Positions 39,961 through 52,345 of a stretch of 64,000 nucleotides of DNA are shown here, one piece after another. Both the position numbers and the translations under genes were made by a program. The DNA comes from Lama glama. Lineage: Eukaryota. Each line of letters starts with the position of its first letter. The stretch's first letter is position 1. Location: contig CM052832.1 of the NCBI GenBank assembly GCA_028534125.1, positions 7,256,001 to 7,320,000 on the forward strand. Reading direction: 5' to 3'. Below the pieces are notes generated by a model. That model did no database searches, was not told the origin of the DNA, and was given only the letters and a program-made list of their open reading frames with translations.

Positions 39961-40522
39961 GTGATGGATAAACGAACTGTGGCATATCCAGACAGTGGAA
40001 CTCAGTGTTACAAGAAAAGAGCTGTCAAGCCATAAAAAGACATGGAGGCATCTTAAATGCATATTCCTCAGTGAAAGTAGCCAATCTGAAATGGCTACCT
40101 ACTGTATGATTCCAGCTATATGACATTATGGAAAAGGCAACACTATGGAGGCAGTGAAAAATCAGAGACTTGCAGGGTTTGAGGTAGATGAACAGTCAGA
40201 GCACAGAAGATTTTCAGGGCAGTGAAACCACTGGGCATGATACTACGATGGCAGACACGTGTCATGACCCATCTGTGAAAACCTACAGAATGTACACCAC
40301 CAAGACTGCACTCTCATGTTAAAATAAGGACTTTGGGCGATAACGATGTGATGATCACTGTGGGTTCATCAGCTGTAACAAGTGTCCCACTGTGGTGGGG
40401 GACATGGACGGTGGCGGCGCTGTGCTCATGTGAGGGCAGGGGGTACACGGGAGATCTCTACATCTGCCTCTCAATTTTGCTGAGAACCTAAAACTGCTCT
40501 AGAAAAATTAAATCTCAAAAAT
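39961..40522 (+). mobile_element. L1MC1-like 3' end
   Basis: atggataaacgaactgtggcatatcca...tactgtatgattccagctatatgacattatggaaaaggcaa...tttcagggcagtgaaacc...ctcaattttgctgagaacctaaaactgctctagaaaa; degenerate TSD aatgtcact / aatgttact. Confidence 0.85.
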
Positions 40523-43500
40523 CAATGTTACTTAAAACATAAGAAGCAGCAATGGGCAGCACCGAACATCATACGTGCTTTTGTTACTGTCCCCTCAGAT
40601 GTTATATTTTCACCAAAACAGCGTATTTCCCACGTAATCTAAACTACTGAAAATAAAAGTATTGCTCTTCTCTACAATGGCGGAGCACTTATCCACTATG
40701 GCATTAAAGGCCAATGGGAAAAAACAAACCCCGGGGAGCAGGTGAGAATATTCATTTCCTGTGACTAGTAATAATACTTCCAATTTCTCTAAGAAGAAGA
40801 GATGGCTCCGTAACGTTAAGCAGGGCTCAGAGGAGTCCAAAGCTGTAGTGCTGGTTGTCACAGAAGACTCCTTAACCTGGTCCCTCACCCTGCCCCCGGT
40901 CCTTAACCCCTCCCCCTGTACGCCCTAAGGACAAATAAAATGACTACAAATAATATGTGAGACTAAGCTAGTTTAGATGTGTCTTAACCTCTGATGGAAA
41001 TTTCTGTGACGTCTCCCCCCAGAATCACTCCTAGGCATTTGAAGCCCTTGTTGTCAAGTAGCAGAGAAAGTACGGACATGAAGTCAGGAAACATAGCGAC
41101 TTCCTATTGTGAAGGATGTGGGTCAGTCACTGCAACGCTGTGAGGCCTCGCTGTCCTCACCTGTAAGAGAGGTTAATGGATGGAAGGCATCCCGCACGGA
41201 GCCTCGAGAACAAATGAGCATCAGGTTTTGTCCTCCCCAATCACCCCAACACACACACACACACACACACTTTAAAATGGGTGAGTTTTGTTACACTCTA
41301 CTCAGCTTTGGAACCCACTCTTCGAATCAAAATGTACTTGGAAGCCCATCTTGGGAGGCAGAGCCGTGCTCCCCAGCTCCAGCTGAAGGGAGTGGAGAGT
41401 GAGGAAGCCTAAAGTTGCCAGGGAGGAGGCAGGTCTGGTGACTGACAAGGAAGTGAAGAGAGACGTGACCTGGGAGGTGGCAGGACTGCACCCTCAACCA
41501 GGGCAGAGAGCAGGGGCGCTGATGTCAGGGGATGTGGCTGTGGCCAGAGAGGGGACAACCGATAACAACGTATGATTTACTAGCCATAAAACTCCAAGTT
41601 CCCGAAATAAAAGCTGGGACCCCGCTCATCTTTCTGACAAATGAAGCGCTTTATGTCCTGATATGTTCAAACTTCTGCTGTGTATACCCTTGGCTTTAGT
41701 CCTGATTTTGCTGTGACTCCTCCAAGTTAGAGTCTCAGAGTTACTCCATCGGCACATAGCATTCAGAGGCTCCGACACAGAGCAGACTTGATATACATGT
41801 CAAGTTAATGTGGAAATAAAGAAGAAGATATACATATACCTACACATACACACACATACGTGTATGCTGATTTTTCTTCCTAAGGTTAACTTATTTTAAC
41901 TTTCAAAGTCATTGTGAACAAAAAGTTCTAAGTATCAACATAGAATTTCACTGAATTACTCCAGGTAATTTGTAAGTGTGTAGAGGTCTTGGTATGTCAG
42001 ATCCTAATGTACAAATAACAATATTTTTAAAAGCAGTTATTTTCAATAATTTACAAACCATGAGGCATCCACTAGCCTGGCTAAACATGGAAGAGACTAG
42101 TGTGACCACACTCTCCTGAGGTGAAAACTATCAACACCCATTCCCGGAACTGGCCAAACAGTACCAGGGACAGAACTAGGAAGAGAACCCAGCTAGGGTT
42201 CACCTTCAGGAGCTCTTTGTGGCAGCAGAAAAAGAAAAAGAAAGTTGTCTTCCGATAGACTTTATGGTGCAATTTATTCCCACTTTGAAAAGAATGAAAG
42301 GAGACTTACATAAATGAGCCAGGAAATGCTCAAGCAAAAGGACCGCCCCCTCCCCCTTGAAAGGTTTTATTTACAGCTGTACTGGACTCATCCCGTGGAG
42401 CGCCGAGCCCCGAGGCACACAGCAAACGTGCGAACAACCAGAGGCATCTATCTAGACCATCAGATTTCCTTCCTCTGGTCAGCAGGTGCCACAGATCTCA
42501 TGCTGCAAAAGCTGCATCTCATTCTTCAGTGTTAGATTTTCTCCAGTTCAGTTGCAATTTTTTACGTACCTCTATTTCAGTTCCCCCGACAAGAAAGGAT
42601 GAATAAATGGTGACCCCACACCACAGAAGGGCTTCTCCCGAACTGTCACTCATGGTGGAAGGCGGACCCTCAGCAGAAACGGACGGGTGGTGCTGCTACA
42701 TCTTGTCCCTTTCTGCTACTAACTTCTATCCAAATACCAACCCAGGGCCAGTCCGTGACAGACTAACTACAACCAAACCCAAACCTCAGCACAGCTCCCA
42801 GGCAGCCTGGATGAAAGCAAAGGGAAAAGGCACCTGCTCTGCTTGGGTTCTTCCAGCTACTGGGCTCCACCAAGGGACGGCTGCTTCAGGGCTCACAATA
42901 TGGAGAATCAATACAGAATAGATTTAAAAGGGCCCAGAATACGTTCTGTAAATCATAAAATAGGTACATATACTTCATTTTGGTCCAGCTATGCCTTCCT
43001 AATTATAGAATCCAAAAACTCCTGCATCCCTGGCTCCAGGAAATGTCCCTGCTATGTCCCATCAGTGCCAGCAATGTAAGTTCTAAAAATATCCAAGGAG
43101 ACCCCGTGGGGGCACTCCCCCCAGCCCCAAGAAGTGATCAAAGCACAGGACCTTCCACTGACAAGAGATCCAAATCACCCACTGCTGCTCTGTTCACACC
43201 GCAGGACTTCTATAAAACCTCTGTCCCTCTCGATGACACTTCAGACGTTCTCACGGCCACGTGTCCAACCTTCTATGAAGCCCTGACCACTGAAAGCTCT
43301 CACCCTGACTCTATCATGGTTTCCCTAAAGGAAAGGGGGGTTCGTTCATTAGTCTCAAGTCAAGTTCTGAGGGAAGAAAGGGGCTCAGGGAACAGACAAC
43401 CAGAGAGTTTCTGTAGCTAAGCCAACGAGTCTTCTGTTGCTTCAGATAAACCAAAGCATGATCAGTTTCACAGCTCACTCCTCAGGGACACACAGCCAGC

Positions 43501-45094
43501 CTGGGTTCACAGCATTGCACTGGTATCACAGACAGTAAGGAACAAATGTCCTTCCACAGTCCACCTATGTATAATGAACAGACCCTTCCTATAACAAGCA
43601 AGGACTCAGAAGAGGGCTCCTTGCTACACTTGGGCTAAACCACACCTCATGTCAGTTGCTTTGCCTTCCCACTATCAGTCTCTTGGCCCCGAGAGCGGAA
43701 AAGAAGGGCCACTGACTCCCTTTAGGTCATCTTTTCCTATAGGAAAGGCCGCTGTGGGTTTTAAGAATCCTCAGAAGGGGTGATTAATTTTGAAAATAAA
43801 TCACCTGGGTGTGAGGGCTGTGGGAGACCCAAATGTAGAAATTACAAAAATAACTCAATAATATCCCAGAGTGCCAAGGCCACTAAGCAAATATCACAGA
43901 CAAGGAAGAAAGGAGGTGGGTAAAAGGAAGCGGGTAGCGACTTCGGACCCTGCCATGGGCTGTGGGTGGCTCTCCAACGGCCAGCGATGCTTCGGAAAGG
44001 TCAAGGGTAGTGGCTCAAGGGTCTAAATGTGCTTAGTGAACCAAGGAGCCCAAGTTATTTCGGGAGGAAAGAAAAATACGTTTTCTGAGTGTTTTTCCTT
44101 AGTGCCACACCCACTCAGCCTTCTTCCCAGCCGTGTCACCTGTTTCAAAGTCTGTTTCTTTGGTCTCTTTGATTATTTTTTTTTCCCTTTAGAGAAAACT
44201 TTATCCACTCAATTAAAGACAAAGAACCCATCTGAGAACACGGCGTATGTGCGTGAGCCCTGTTTTTCACAGTTGCATAAGGGAGATGTGAGTGCTTCAA
44301 ACAAACCACCCGCAGGTGTGCTCATTTGTTGTCACAGAAGTTGCTCAGACAGGAATTTCATCAGTGAAAGAGTGGATTAAAGAATAAATTTTCAAATAAG
44401 AACTCGGACGCTTGGCTTCACTGAGAAAGGCTGACCCAGGGAGCAGGGCTCTGCTTCCCCGCGGCTCCAGCTCCAACAGGAATGGCGTGCGTGGTCAGCC
44501 CTTCTCAGATTTGCTCTGCTCAACTTCTTCGCTGCTCTGCCAGCTTTTAAATGCATGAAGGTTTCTGTTTTCAGAAATAAATCCTGCCTATTTCCTCCCT
44601 CCTTCCTTCTCGGGGCCGATAAATTCCTTGAGGGTGGTTTTTGGACTACATCTCTCCACCTCTAGGTTATATGAACTTTGGTGTCACCTGGAAATGTTTT
44701 TAATTCCTCTCAGTAGGGAGGGAGCAGAGTGAAATGAATCTACTTCACAAAACTTTACCTTTTGAATTTGGCACATACAAGTCAAATAAACCTGAGTTTT
44801 TCCAACGATCAAACAGTCTCACCCTCATGTGGCTCCACGTTCTTAACAATGCATTTATTCTGATTACCAGTGACCATTTTTCTGACCATATGGCAGATCT
44901 GTTCCTCTTTTTCATCGTATTTTTCTCAATTAAAGATTCTAATGGCCGTTGAAGCAAGACAAATTACCCTCATCCTTTATGTCTACAAACCTCTGTGACT
45001 CTGAGCTTCAGAATTATAATGGGAAACAGAAATCAGGCCTTTGATTTTTAAAAGCAGAAAGGTAGCACTTCATTGCACTTCATAAACACACAGA

Positions 45095-45480
45095 GAATCA
45101 CTAGAACGGAAGGGATGTGAATGACAAGCCCTCCAGCCAAACCCTTGGCCTTCAGCATCCCGTTTTATTTAACAATTCTTAGAGTCAAGAAGTTCTTCCT
45201 TAAATCTAACCTAAATCTCTCCTGCTTCGGTGAAAACCTAGTCTTTCTCTGAGTGTGCCAGAAACAAAACAGCTGGTCACCATACACAGCCTAATAACTC
45301 CTCATAATTTCGAAGTCTGTTATTAAGTCATTTTTTAGCCTCCTCTTCTTGAAGCTAAGTAATCCCCAGTCTTTCAACTCATCCTTATAGGTTCAATTTT
45401 ACAATCCTTTAATCATCATCAATGCTCTGTGCTAAACATTCTTAAGTTCTCCACGTTGTTCTTATGTTTTAAAACCCAGC
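45095..45480 (-). mobile_element. L3/CR1 LINE relic
   Basis: agaagttcttccttaaatctaacctaaatctctcctgc...gcctcctcttcttgaagctaagtaatccccagtctttcaactcatccttatagg...cctttaatcat, typical CR1/L3 reverse-strand text. Confidence 0.72.
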
Positions 45481-46099
45481 TCACCTTTGGAATTGCTTCT
45501 TGTTGTCTGTAAAAGCCCAAGGCTTCAATGCATTATACACAATCCCCAGAATCTACCCGAAAAGGTAACCTACTGCTTTGTTTGGGTTCTTTTGGGGACA
45601 AACTTGCTCCTACGGCTCCTTCTCTAAGAAAAACATGTTCTTTGGGAACCAGTGTTCTCACTCCCACTTCATCTTCTTCACCAGAGCTCCTCAAGGCCTC
45701 TCTCAAACCATTTTCCCCAAACAATACTGTTACACAATGAGTATCTAGCTAATCTGATCTGATCCACTTATTTAAACCAAGTTGTTAACCCAAAATGTCT
45801 TAAAATGTGCTATGCTTCCCAGGTAACATCTATGAAGTTCCTGTCCTCAGAGCCTTCACTCGATGATTCTCTGGCACCTTGGTGAGACTCACACAAGAGA
45901 GGTGGGGGCCAGTGGGGAAGGACATGGGGACCCCTCCTGTGCTCCTCAAATTCTACCACACCAGCCCGGGCGGGATTATAAAGCAGGCGACTTTGGGGTG
46001 TGTGCCTCTAGTTAACAATTTCTGCAACCTTCTCCAACCACTGAGGCATTCCGAATGGCATCTGTCCTATCAAATGAGATGTTAGATTCTAACACTGCC

Positions 46100-46445
46100 C
46101 TTTGCCTTGAAGCCTCATCCCCACTCTTCCTGGAGCTGGCTTTTCCTCACCCTCAGGTCTCTGCTCTGATGGTATCTCCTCCAAGAGGCCTTCCTTGCAC
46201 ACTCCAGAATAGGTCCCTCTCTGTCCCCTGACGCCCCATCCTTCTTTACTACTACATCAGTTCCCTTCATAGCACTTGTCACAATTTGCAAGTAAATGCA
46301 ATTACAGTAAAGTTTCGTTCACCCATTTCTTGTCTGTCTTCCCTATAGAATGGAGGTTCCTCAAAGGTGGGGTGATGTCTGCTCTGCTTTGAATGCCTGG
46401 CACCCGGCTGTCAGTACACACTCAAAAATAATTTTTGAACCAATA
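46100..46445 (+). mobile_element. L2 3' relic
   Basis: cctcaggtctctgctctgatggtatctcctccaagaggccttcct...tgcctggcacc...cactcaaaaataatttttgaa. Confidence 0.7.
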
Positions 46446-46489
46446 CATGCCCCTACTGCCAGAAATATTTACATTTTAAAACATATCTC

Positions 46490-46820
46490 TGGGGGAGGGA
46501 GAATTGGATGAAGGCAGTCAAAAGGTATAGCTATCCAGCTGTAAGATAAATAAGTACTAGGGATGCAATATACAATATTATTAATATAATTAACATTGCT
46601 ATATGTTATATATGTAAGTGGTTAAGAGAGTAAATCCTAAGAGTTCTCATCAGAAGGAAAAAATTTTTTGTCTATTTCTTTCATTTTAAATCTATATGAG
46701 ATTCTAAACTTACTGCAGTCATCATTTCATGTTGTATGTAAGTCAAATCATTCTGCTGTACACCTTAAATGTATACAGTGCTGTGTGTCAATTATATCTT
46801 AATAAAACTGGAAGGAAAAA
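46490..46820 (+). mobile_element. L1MA9-like 3' end
   Basis: ggatgaaggcagtcaaaaggtata...aagataaataagtactagggatg...aagagagtaaatcctaagagttctcatca...gtcaattatatcttaataaaactggaagg. Confidence 0.88.
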
Positions 46821-47438
46821 ACACCTCTAACCGCCATTTAAAAAAGGCTCGGTCAGCTATTAGCAGTGAAATGGGGTGGTGGAAGGAAGGGGTCCTCCTT
46901 CTCAGCCCCTACCCCCAGCCCTGCCGTCACACAGAGAGCTGCTGTCTCTTCCAAGACATTAACTAGAAACTGTGGTCAGTTCCATCCTCTTGTTCTTGTT
47001 CCTTAGAGCAGTCAGTCTTATTTCCAGTTACTCTCTCTCCTTTTAGGGTCAACATGGGCATGCCTCTTGCAGAATTCCATCATCTTCCTAATGCTACGTC
47101 CTCACGGCTGACACCATCACAGAGGCACTAGCATTCTCATAGAAAAATACTCAGGATGTATCAAACACACTGGCAGTGGAAATCTTTGGAGATGAGATTA
47201 TGGACATTTTAAATTTTCTTCTTATGATTAATTTTTATTCTCTAACTTTTCTATCATATACTTGTCTGCATTTTCTACTTGAGTAATTTTTTTAAGGCTA
47301 ACTAACTTAATTTCACTGGTATTCAAAGTGAAACTCTACTGGGGTAGTTAACAAAAAAAAAAGTGTTTTCATCTCACAGAATTCAGTGTTTTCAGCTCTG
47401 TTAAAACTTTCATCTTGATGAATTCAAGACTCATTCAA

Positions 47439-47612
47439 CACAAGGACCTACTGTATAGCACAGGGAACTATATTCAATATCCTGTAATAACCTATAATGG
47501 AAAAGAATCTGAAAAAGAATAGATATACATGCATAACTGAATCACTTTGCTGTATACCTGAAACATTGTAAATCGACTATACTTCAATTAAAAAATTAAA
47601 AAATTAAAAATT
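47439..47612 (+). mobile_element. L1 3' end; 13-bp TSD encloses both this L1 and the nested SINE
   Basis: caaggacctactgtatagcacagggaactatattcaat...; TSD aagactcattcaa at 47426-47438 and 47711-47723. Confidence 0.92.
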
Positions 47613-47700
47613 GGGGGAGTTAGCATGCACAAAGTCCTTGGTTCAATCCCCAGTACTTCTATTTAAAATAAATAATAATAAAATAAAATAAATAAAAAAT
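47613..47700 (+). mobile_element. Vic-1-like SINE with an internal deletion, located in the L1 A tail
   Basis: ggggag-ttagcatgcacaaagtccttggttcaatccccagtacttcta plus an A-rich tail; the A-box segment present in the other three copies is missing. Confidence 0.82.
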
Positions 47701-47731
47701 AAAAATTAAAAAGACTCATTCAATGAACATT

Positions 47732-47761
47732 TATATATATATACACACATATTTACATATA

Positions 47762-47792
<31 letters not shown>

Positions 47793-47808
47793 TCACTCAC
47801 ACACACAC
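47732..47808 (+). repeat. Compound (TA)n/(CA)n microsatellite
   Basis: tatatatatatacacacat...acacacacacacacacacacacactcactcacacacacac. Confidence 0.92.
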
Positions 47809-47949
47809 CTTGGGACTTATTTACTACGCAGCAATGCTAGCACATCACCAGGCTTGCCTCCCAGGTAATACTACTTCACAACATCAACCAAGAATACCCT
47901 GAGCACAATACCAGGCACTCCCACGACTTTACTGACAAAGCACTGGGGA

Positions 47950-48395
47950 GTCTGGGTAGTGAATAAGTGAACAGGAATAGACCTGGGCTCCCTGCCCACC
48001 TCCATAAATCATCTGCTGACTTGCAGGGTGACATGCAGCAAATGAGTTTTCAAGTGCCCAGGCCTCAGTTTACCCACCTGTAAAATGTATACCACAACCC
48101 TCAAAGGGATGGAGAGAGAATCAGTGAGGTAACGTCTAAGTGGTTGGAACTCCTTGGCAGGGAGGCGCTACATAATTACTATTTGGTGTTTAAGTGCCCT
48201 TCATGTGTGCCAAGTACTTTATGATCATTCCTCAGCAGTGACTCCCAGCTACTCTGAAGTTGTCTTCGTGTCTATTTCCACTTAAAGGATGAAGAAATAG
48301 AACTGGAAAGAAGCTTAGTAATTTGCTCAGGGTCACTCAGATGGCACTGAGGTCTCAAGGGGACGTTCCAAGTTCTCCAATTCCCTTAACCATAA
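47950..48395. mobile_element. Two MIR relics in opposite orientation
   Basis: + strand: gcctcagtttacccacctgtaaaatg (about 48061). - strand: ttaaaggatgaagaaatagaactggaaagaagcttagtaatttgctcagggtcactcag (about 48282). Confidence 0.65.
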
Positions 48396-49689
48396 CTGAA
48401 CCCACATCTTAAATACAAACTACCCATACAGACGAATTCCCTGTTCAACTGCTCTGAAATAGCCCTCACGATACAAAAAACACTGTAACTTGTTTTTGTA
48501 GAATAGAGTGAATAGTGAGGAGGTGAAACAGAAACCAAAGGGCTAGAATTAGTAACCCAGACTTCACAATCGGCCTTTTTTTTTTAACACATCTATATTT
48601 CTCCTCACTTCCGGTATAACAGTGTTTCAGTACTTTCATAATCTCTTTGAAAAACCCGTATTTTTCTACTAATAATTTCCAAGGCCAACCCTAAGGAGGC
48701 CCAGAGCCCAGGTTAAATCATCCTGAGTTTTGCTGGGCCAAAACACACATTAGCATTTTCACCCAGGTTGCAGCTCATGAAAATTCGTGTTGAGAAGGTA
48801 CAGGATGAGAAGATGCACCTCACAGAGGGTGAAGGGGTGCATGCGCCATCTGTGGGTGCATGGAAAGGCGGAAGATATCAGCATGCTTGAGTGTCAGCTG
48901 ACCCCTTCCCCACCAGCCACTTCCTCGGTAGCTCCAATGAGAGGTGCCCACAAACAAACTGGAGTCACCCCGTCCACTCTGCCTACAGAGAGTTCCACCC
49001 CGATCGTGGCCTCCCAGGTCTTTCAGCCCTGCTCCTTATGTCCTCACGTCTATTTTCTTCCCCTGCTTCATTCAACGTCATTTACCATCTTTTGGTAAAT
49101 GAAGCATCCTTTGGTTCTGAATCCTGTACTCCCACTAAAATGATGGAAAATGGGTGGGTGGCTACCACATCTAAGAAGTGCTGCTCTGGCTGTTCAACAA
49201 GCAGCAGCCAGAAGACCTTGGACGGGCAAATGCAATGATGGAGTTCTTTACCATAAATTTGGACAGAAAGTTCCAGAGCACCATAGGGCCTGCCTAAGGC
49301 AAGACGGTGAAACTGGAGATTGAGTTTCCTGCCCCTATATGCCCCTGCCTTTGCCTTCTCCCCCTCCGCCTGCAGGAACACTCCCTCCCACCACCTCTCC
49401 ACCCACTGGCCCCGGACTTTTCAGAGCCCCCCACTTTCCTTCATCCCTCCTCCATGAAAGTATACCTGACCTGGATTCCATTCCTTTAAGCACTGCTCCA
49501 CTAACCTGATAATAACAGCCTGAAAGTCCCAGCCCAGACAATGGCTAGGAGTGTGGCCCTCAGGCCCTCCGAGCAGACAAGACTCTCAGCAGGGGGCTTC
49601 TCACGTCTTGCCCCGCTGGCAGCCAGTGTACACCACTGCTGACATCTCCAGGGACACAGACTGAGTTTGCCACAAACGGGCTCTCACTG

Positions 49690-50130
49690 AAGGATCTACA
49701 TGAAGAAAACTTAATCCAGAAGGAAGAACTGACATGCAAGAAGGAATGGTGAGCCTATAAATCAATAAACATATAGGTAAATGTGAAAGTAACAGTTTAA
49801 ACACTGACAACTAATTTAGGGAGCATAAAACAAGGATAAAAACATCAAACAACAACATTAGAAGAGAGGGAGTGACTGTGGTTTAAAGCATGCTAAAGTT
49901 CTCATATCTAAGAGGTGGACAGATGATGATTAATTTTATTAAGACAAATATACACATTAAAACAGTAATGATAATTACTGAAAGAAAAGAAAGAAATTGA
50001 ATGATGATTTGCAAACCAGGAGAAGAAAACAGCTGGCACGTATCTAGAACAAAAATGAATAAGAAATATTCTGTACAAAGGAAATATGTGCAAAAAGGGG
50101 AAATACGGAAATATAAAAACCAAAACTCAC
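49690..50130 (+). mobile_element. Old L1 internal fragment (ORF1/ORF2 boundary region)
   Basis: A-rich; gaaggaagaactgacatgcaagaaggaatggtgagc...aaacatataggtaaatgtgaa...ctaaagttctcatat resembles old L1M internal sequence. Confidence 0.55.
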
Positions 50131-51129
50131 ACCTTGCAATGATAGAATCCTGCACTCTTAATAATACACCAGACCTGAAAAGCGTCAGGAATCCACAGCT
50201 CTACGGCTAGCCTGCAGCAGAATGGCCACACTTGAAGTCAGCAATGACCACCTTCAAGGCCTGCCCATCTGACTCTCTGTTTACTTCGAGTACCCAGGAC
50301 TTTCATTCTCCCTTTATCTCCCCAAACCCACTCCCAAAAAAGGATTTTGAGGACTTATTTTTATCTTAGTATGAATTTAAGTCTGTGTTGCCTTTTCCAG
50401 AGGTGTTCGGATGTAAGCCTGAATTTTGAGTTTTAATAAAGAGCTTTTGTCTACTGGTAAATTGAGTCTCACACCAGCCCACAGCAGCAGAGAAACGTGG
50501 AGAGGAACAGGGAACCCCTCCTTTGCTATTTGAGTGCTGCATCCCAAATACAGTCTCCTACTTGAGCTGTTGTACACGACTCTGAATTAGTATCTTCTAT
50601 TTCAACGGCTTTTTTACGCACTCTCTGAATTTCCAAGAGTTGCTCGAAAACCATAAGCAATTCATTCCCATACTTGCCTAAATTAAAACTTGTGAGATTT
50701 TATGTGAAGCCCAAAGACAGGCTTTAGTCGACATCACAAAGGTATCCTATAAATATGCTAGGTAGGGACAAGTGTGACTACAAAGAGCAACACAACGGAA
50801 CTCTTTTCTCTGTTATTTTTAAGTATTTTCTATTCTGCTCTGGTCTAGCCCTTCCTGAAGAACGTGCTAGAGTACAAACTAAATAGAAGTAAAGAGATTC
50901 AGTGATCTATTGCGAATTCCCTCTCTCGGAAGGAGAATTTATTTTTTATGAATAAATAAAGCCCCCTCCTCACTTTTTTTCTCTCTTGAGTCCCTAACAC
51001 TGTTTCAGAAATGAATGACTTCTGACTTACACTGCAAAATAAACCGGTGACACATCTGAATCAAGCCTAGGTGTGTTTTTAGAGCACGTGTCTCTTGAAA
51101 ACCCGCAGTGCTGTATCTGGTTGGAAGTG

Positions 51130-51600
51130 AATAGATCCACCGGAATCCACATGTGTGGACAGGGTGCTCTTACCGTGGAAGCCACGGTGCCTTGTGAATG
51201 AGAGGGCAAGAAAGCACACTCGGGACTGGAAGCCAGGGGAGAGGGCAAAGGAGGCTCCCGAGCGTGCTTTAACTGCCGTGATAATCCGCCGTGCAAGGCG
51301 GCGAGGCCGGGCTCCTCTCTGCAGCGCGCCGAGCGCGGCTGAGCTCAATTACTGCCGTGCCGTCTGCGAGCGGAGGAATGTGTCAACAGGCCGTATAGCC
51401 TTGCATCAGTTCCACAGAATGTTGCACAACACAAAATGCCTCTCGATGTGTCATTTCCTTCTTGGCCATCTTCCCAGCTCCTGACAGTCAGTCAACCAAA
51501 CAAAACAAAAAAAAAAAGGACTGGAAGAGATTTAAAACTGCTCTTCTCAAGAGTGCATTCCACCGACCACCACCAGACTTAACCTCCACCAGCGCTTCTG
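51130..51600. promoter_or_regulatory. Candidate intronic enhancer (CpG-retaining, no recognisable repeat)
   Basis: Dense CpGs at 51240-51395 in an otherwise CpG-poor intron; TEAD-like GGAATG/CATTCC and GATA-like TGATAA motifs. Motif-level evidence only. Confidence 0.45.
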
Positions 51601-51865
51601 ACTCCCCCTCACCATCCTCCTCAAAGAGAGGGTAAAAGAGGACAGCTTTTCTGAACTGTTATTATTCTCCGAAGGCAAAGATTTTCAGGGATGTTTTGTG
51701 TTACCAGTGACCAAATGATTAATATTTATGACCATCAAACTGCTGCTTGTATTTGCTGACTTGTAAATATCAGATCATGGCATTTACCCGTAACTTCCAT
51801 TCCTTGGGCATGTCACAGACAAGCAAGAATCAGGGCAAGTCTGCAAGTCAAGAAGTGAAGGGCTT

Positions 51866-51986
51866 GTGGGAAGGGTAATAGCTCAGTGGTAAAGTGTGTG
51901 CTTAGCATGCATGAGGTCCTGGGTTCAATCCCCAGTACCTCCATTAAAAATAATAATAATAAATAAATAAACCTTAAAAAAAAAAA
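51866..51986 (+). mobile_element. Vic-1-like tRNA-derived SINE with a perfect 16-bp TSD
   Basis: gggaagggtaatagctcagtggtaaagtgtgtgcttagcatgcatgaggtcctgggttcaatccccagtacctcca plus A tail; TSD aagaagtgaagggctt at 51850-51865 and 51987-52002. Confidence 0.93.
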
Positions 51987-52002
51987 AAGAAGTGAAGGGC
52001 TT

Positions 52003-52345
52003 TTTTTGCAGCACCATGGATGGATGTGGGGGGCATTATGCTAAGTGAAGTCAGTCAGAGAGAGAAAGACAAATACCATATGCTATCACTTATACATGGA
52101 ATCTAAAAAGTACAACAAACTAGTGAACAAAAACAAAAAAGAAGCAGACTCACAGATAGAGAGCCCAACCAGTAGTCACCAGTGGGGAAAGGGAAGGGGG
52201 AGGGGTAATATGAGGGTAGGGGAAAAAAGGGTTACTATGGGATTATACAAAACCATATGTGTGAAGCCTTTGAAAATTGTAAAGCACTACAGAATTTAAA
52301 GAATCTTTCATTCAATTAAAAATATTGTTTTCCCACTAAAAAAAA
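52003..52345 (+). mobile_element. L1 3' end (artiodactyl variant 3' UTR)
   Basis: tttgcagcaccatggatggat...ggcattatgctaagtgaagtcagtcagagagagaaagacaaatac...gaagcagactcacagatagagag...gaaaattgtaaagcactacagaatttaaagaatctttcattcaattaaa. Confidence 0.88.

Noticed and set aside
51866..51945. tRNA gene (also at 245, 47613 and 61762)
   Set aside because: A and B boxes are present, but each copy is diverged, A-tailed and in most cases flanked by direct repeats, which marks SINEs.
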